A stretch of 64,000 bases of DNA. Source: Octopus sinensis (taxonomy: Eukaryota). The notes under the pieces were generated by a model. The model searched no databases. It had not been told where the DNA came from and saw only the letters and a program-made list of their open reading frames with translations. Below, one piece after another: positions 62,528 to 64,000 of the stretch; the first letter of the stretch is position 1, and each line of letters opens with the position of its first letter. Location of the stretch: contig NC_043018.1 in NCBI RefSeq assembly GCF_006345805.1, forward strand, positions 16,988,001-17,052,000, given 5' to 3'. The position numbers were made by a program, and so were the translations under genes.

Positions 62528-64000
62528 TATGCATCATTCCTTCTCCATCTTCTCTTTATGCCTCCCATCCAACTCTTCATTCTCTTACAGTTCGTTGTGA
62601 ACACCACCACCTCCGCCTCAGCGCAGTCATACTCATCACCATTTCTGTAGAGATGCAACTTACACATATTAATAATAAAAGTTAGACACGACAAACGTAT
62701 TTAACATCACTACCGACTGACCACGTATACCCAACCTGTTCCTACATAACGATTGACCAATCTCCAACGAATAGTTTGTTTCTTTTTTCAATTACTCTGA
62801 GAAATAAAATCCTAGTTTTATTGTTTCCTCCACCTTCACCCCAAAATTCGGCTAAGTCTTTACCTACAACGGATGTCTGTAGCATGAAACACGCGTCTGC
62901 ATGTCTAGGAAACTCTGAACGTGAGAGATCTTATCTCTTACACAGCAATTGTTTACTCGAAACAATATAGTGTTTTTTTCTCTGTACTTTTGTATGTGCG
63001 TATGAATGCATACAAGCACACACGCGTACACACACACTCACACACAAACATAGACGTGCGCACACTTACACACACTCGTACATTTAGATACAATAATCCC
63101 TCGTCGTATCGCGGTTGACCTATCGCGCACTCAGTACATCACGGATTTTTCCGGCTAATATATATAAATTTATATCGTAGACTTCTCAGAATACTGCGGG
63201 TTTCTGCGGTCGATAGGTATTTATACTTTTTAAGATTCTAATAATTTCTGTGAGAGGTTTTGGGACGCAAAGCCTGTGATAGTCATGGGATTACAGATTC
63301 TAATTTTCACACACACTGTCAAAGTTCGTCGCCAATTTTCCCTTATAATTCTTGATACTAAATAGTTGTGAGATAAATCTTAAAGATATTATGCAGCTTT
63401 TACACGTCACAAATCTATTTGTTCGGTGATTTGTGAAATGTTCACGTCTGAAGATACACGAATATGCCAACAATGTATTTGATCTTAGGATCTGTGAGCT
63501 TTTAATACCACAGCTGAGCCAATGTGGCATTTTGACTTTAATTAAATGGAAAATATGCAAAATAAAATATAAAACGAAAACACCGAAAGTGACGTCTTGT
63601 AAAAAGCAAAGGAAATTTGACTTTTGATGTTTGGCGTTATTTTCCTTGAGTCTGATTTTAATAGGCATTCAAAAAGAAAAAGAAAACAGAACAATTAAAT
63701 TAGCGAGACAAAAACATTAACAAATAAGAGAAAAGAAGATTAAAAGACAGAAAAAATAACTTGTTTTCTTAGTGTGGAAAGTTGATGAAATAAAATGTCG
63801 CATTTAGTTGACATTTTGACTTGTAAATCTCTCGCTAACGACATCAGTGACATTATTTGCGATGAGGATAACATCAATCCAACGTTACCTTCCCCACAGA
63901 GAAATACTTTTCTTTTTGCCTGATTGCCAAGGGATAAATTTGAACTTGTTTTACTAATTACTCAAACTTCTATGAAGATTGTCAAAGTGATTGTCATTTA

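Overview
AT-rich animal nuclear DNA with very high microsatellite density and one 100-N scaffold gap (52236-52335). The repeat landscape looks like an octopus/coleoid cephalopod genome; this is my recognition, not a database result. No protein-coding gene can be confidently called, and almost all long ORFs in the supplied track are translations of (TA)n, (CA)n, (CATA)n, (TCTA)n, (ATT)n or (GAT)n tracts. Recognisable content is mobile-element debris: about 25 copies or fragments of four tRNA-derived SINE families, a decayed DD41D (rosa/Visitor-type) Tc1/mariner transposase, two CR1/L2-type LINE RT fragments, R4/Dong-type LINE fragments beside (AAT)n tracts, and Helitron-like termini. The most notable observation is an apparently intact minimal type I hammerhead ribozyme at 37404-37446, with a degenerate second one at 51427-51461. 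Also notable are a near-perfect 150-bp-arm inverted repeat (59383-60524), a 210-nt foldback (44840-45050), a perfect 72-bp palindrome (11611-11682), recurrent 184-bp tandem dimers of one SINE family, and a speculative two-exon 45-aa micro-gene (61436-62650). All coordinates and alignments were done by hand.
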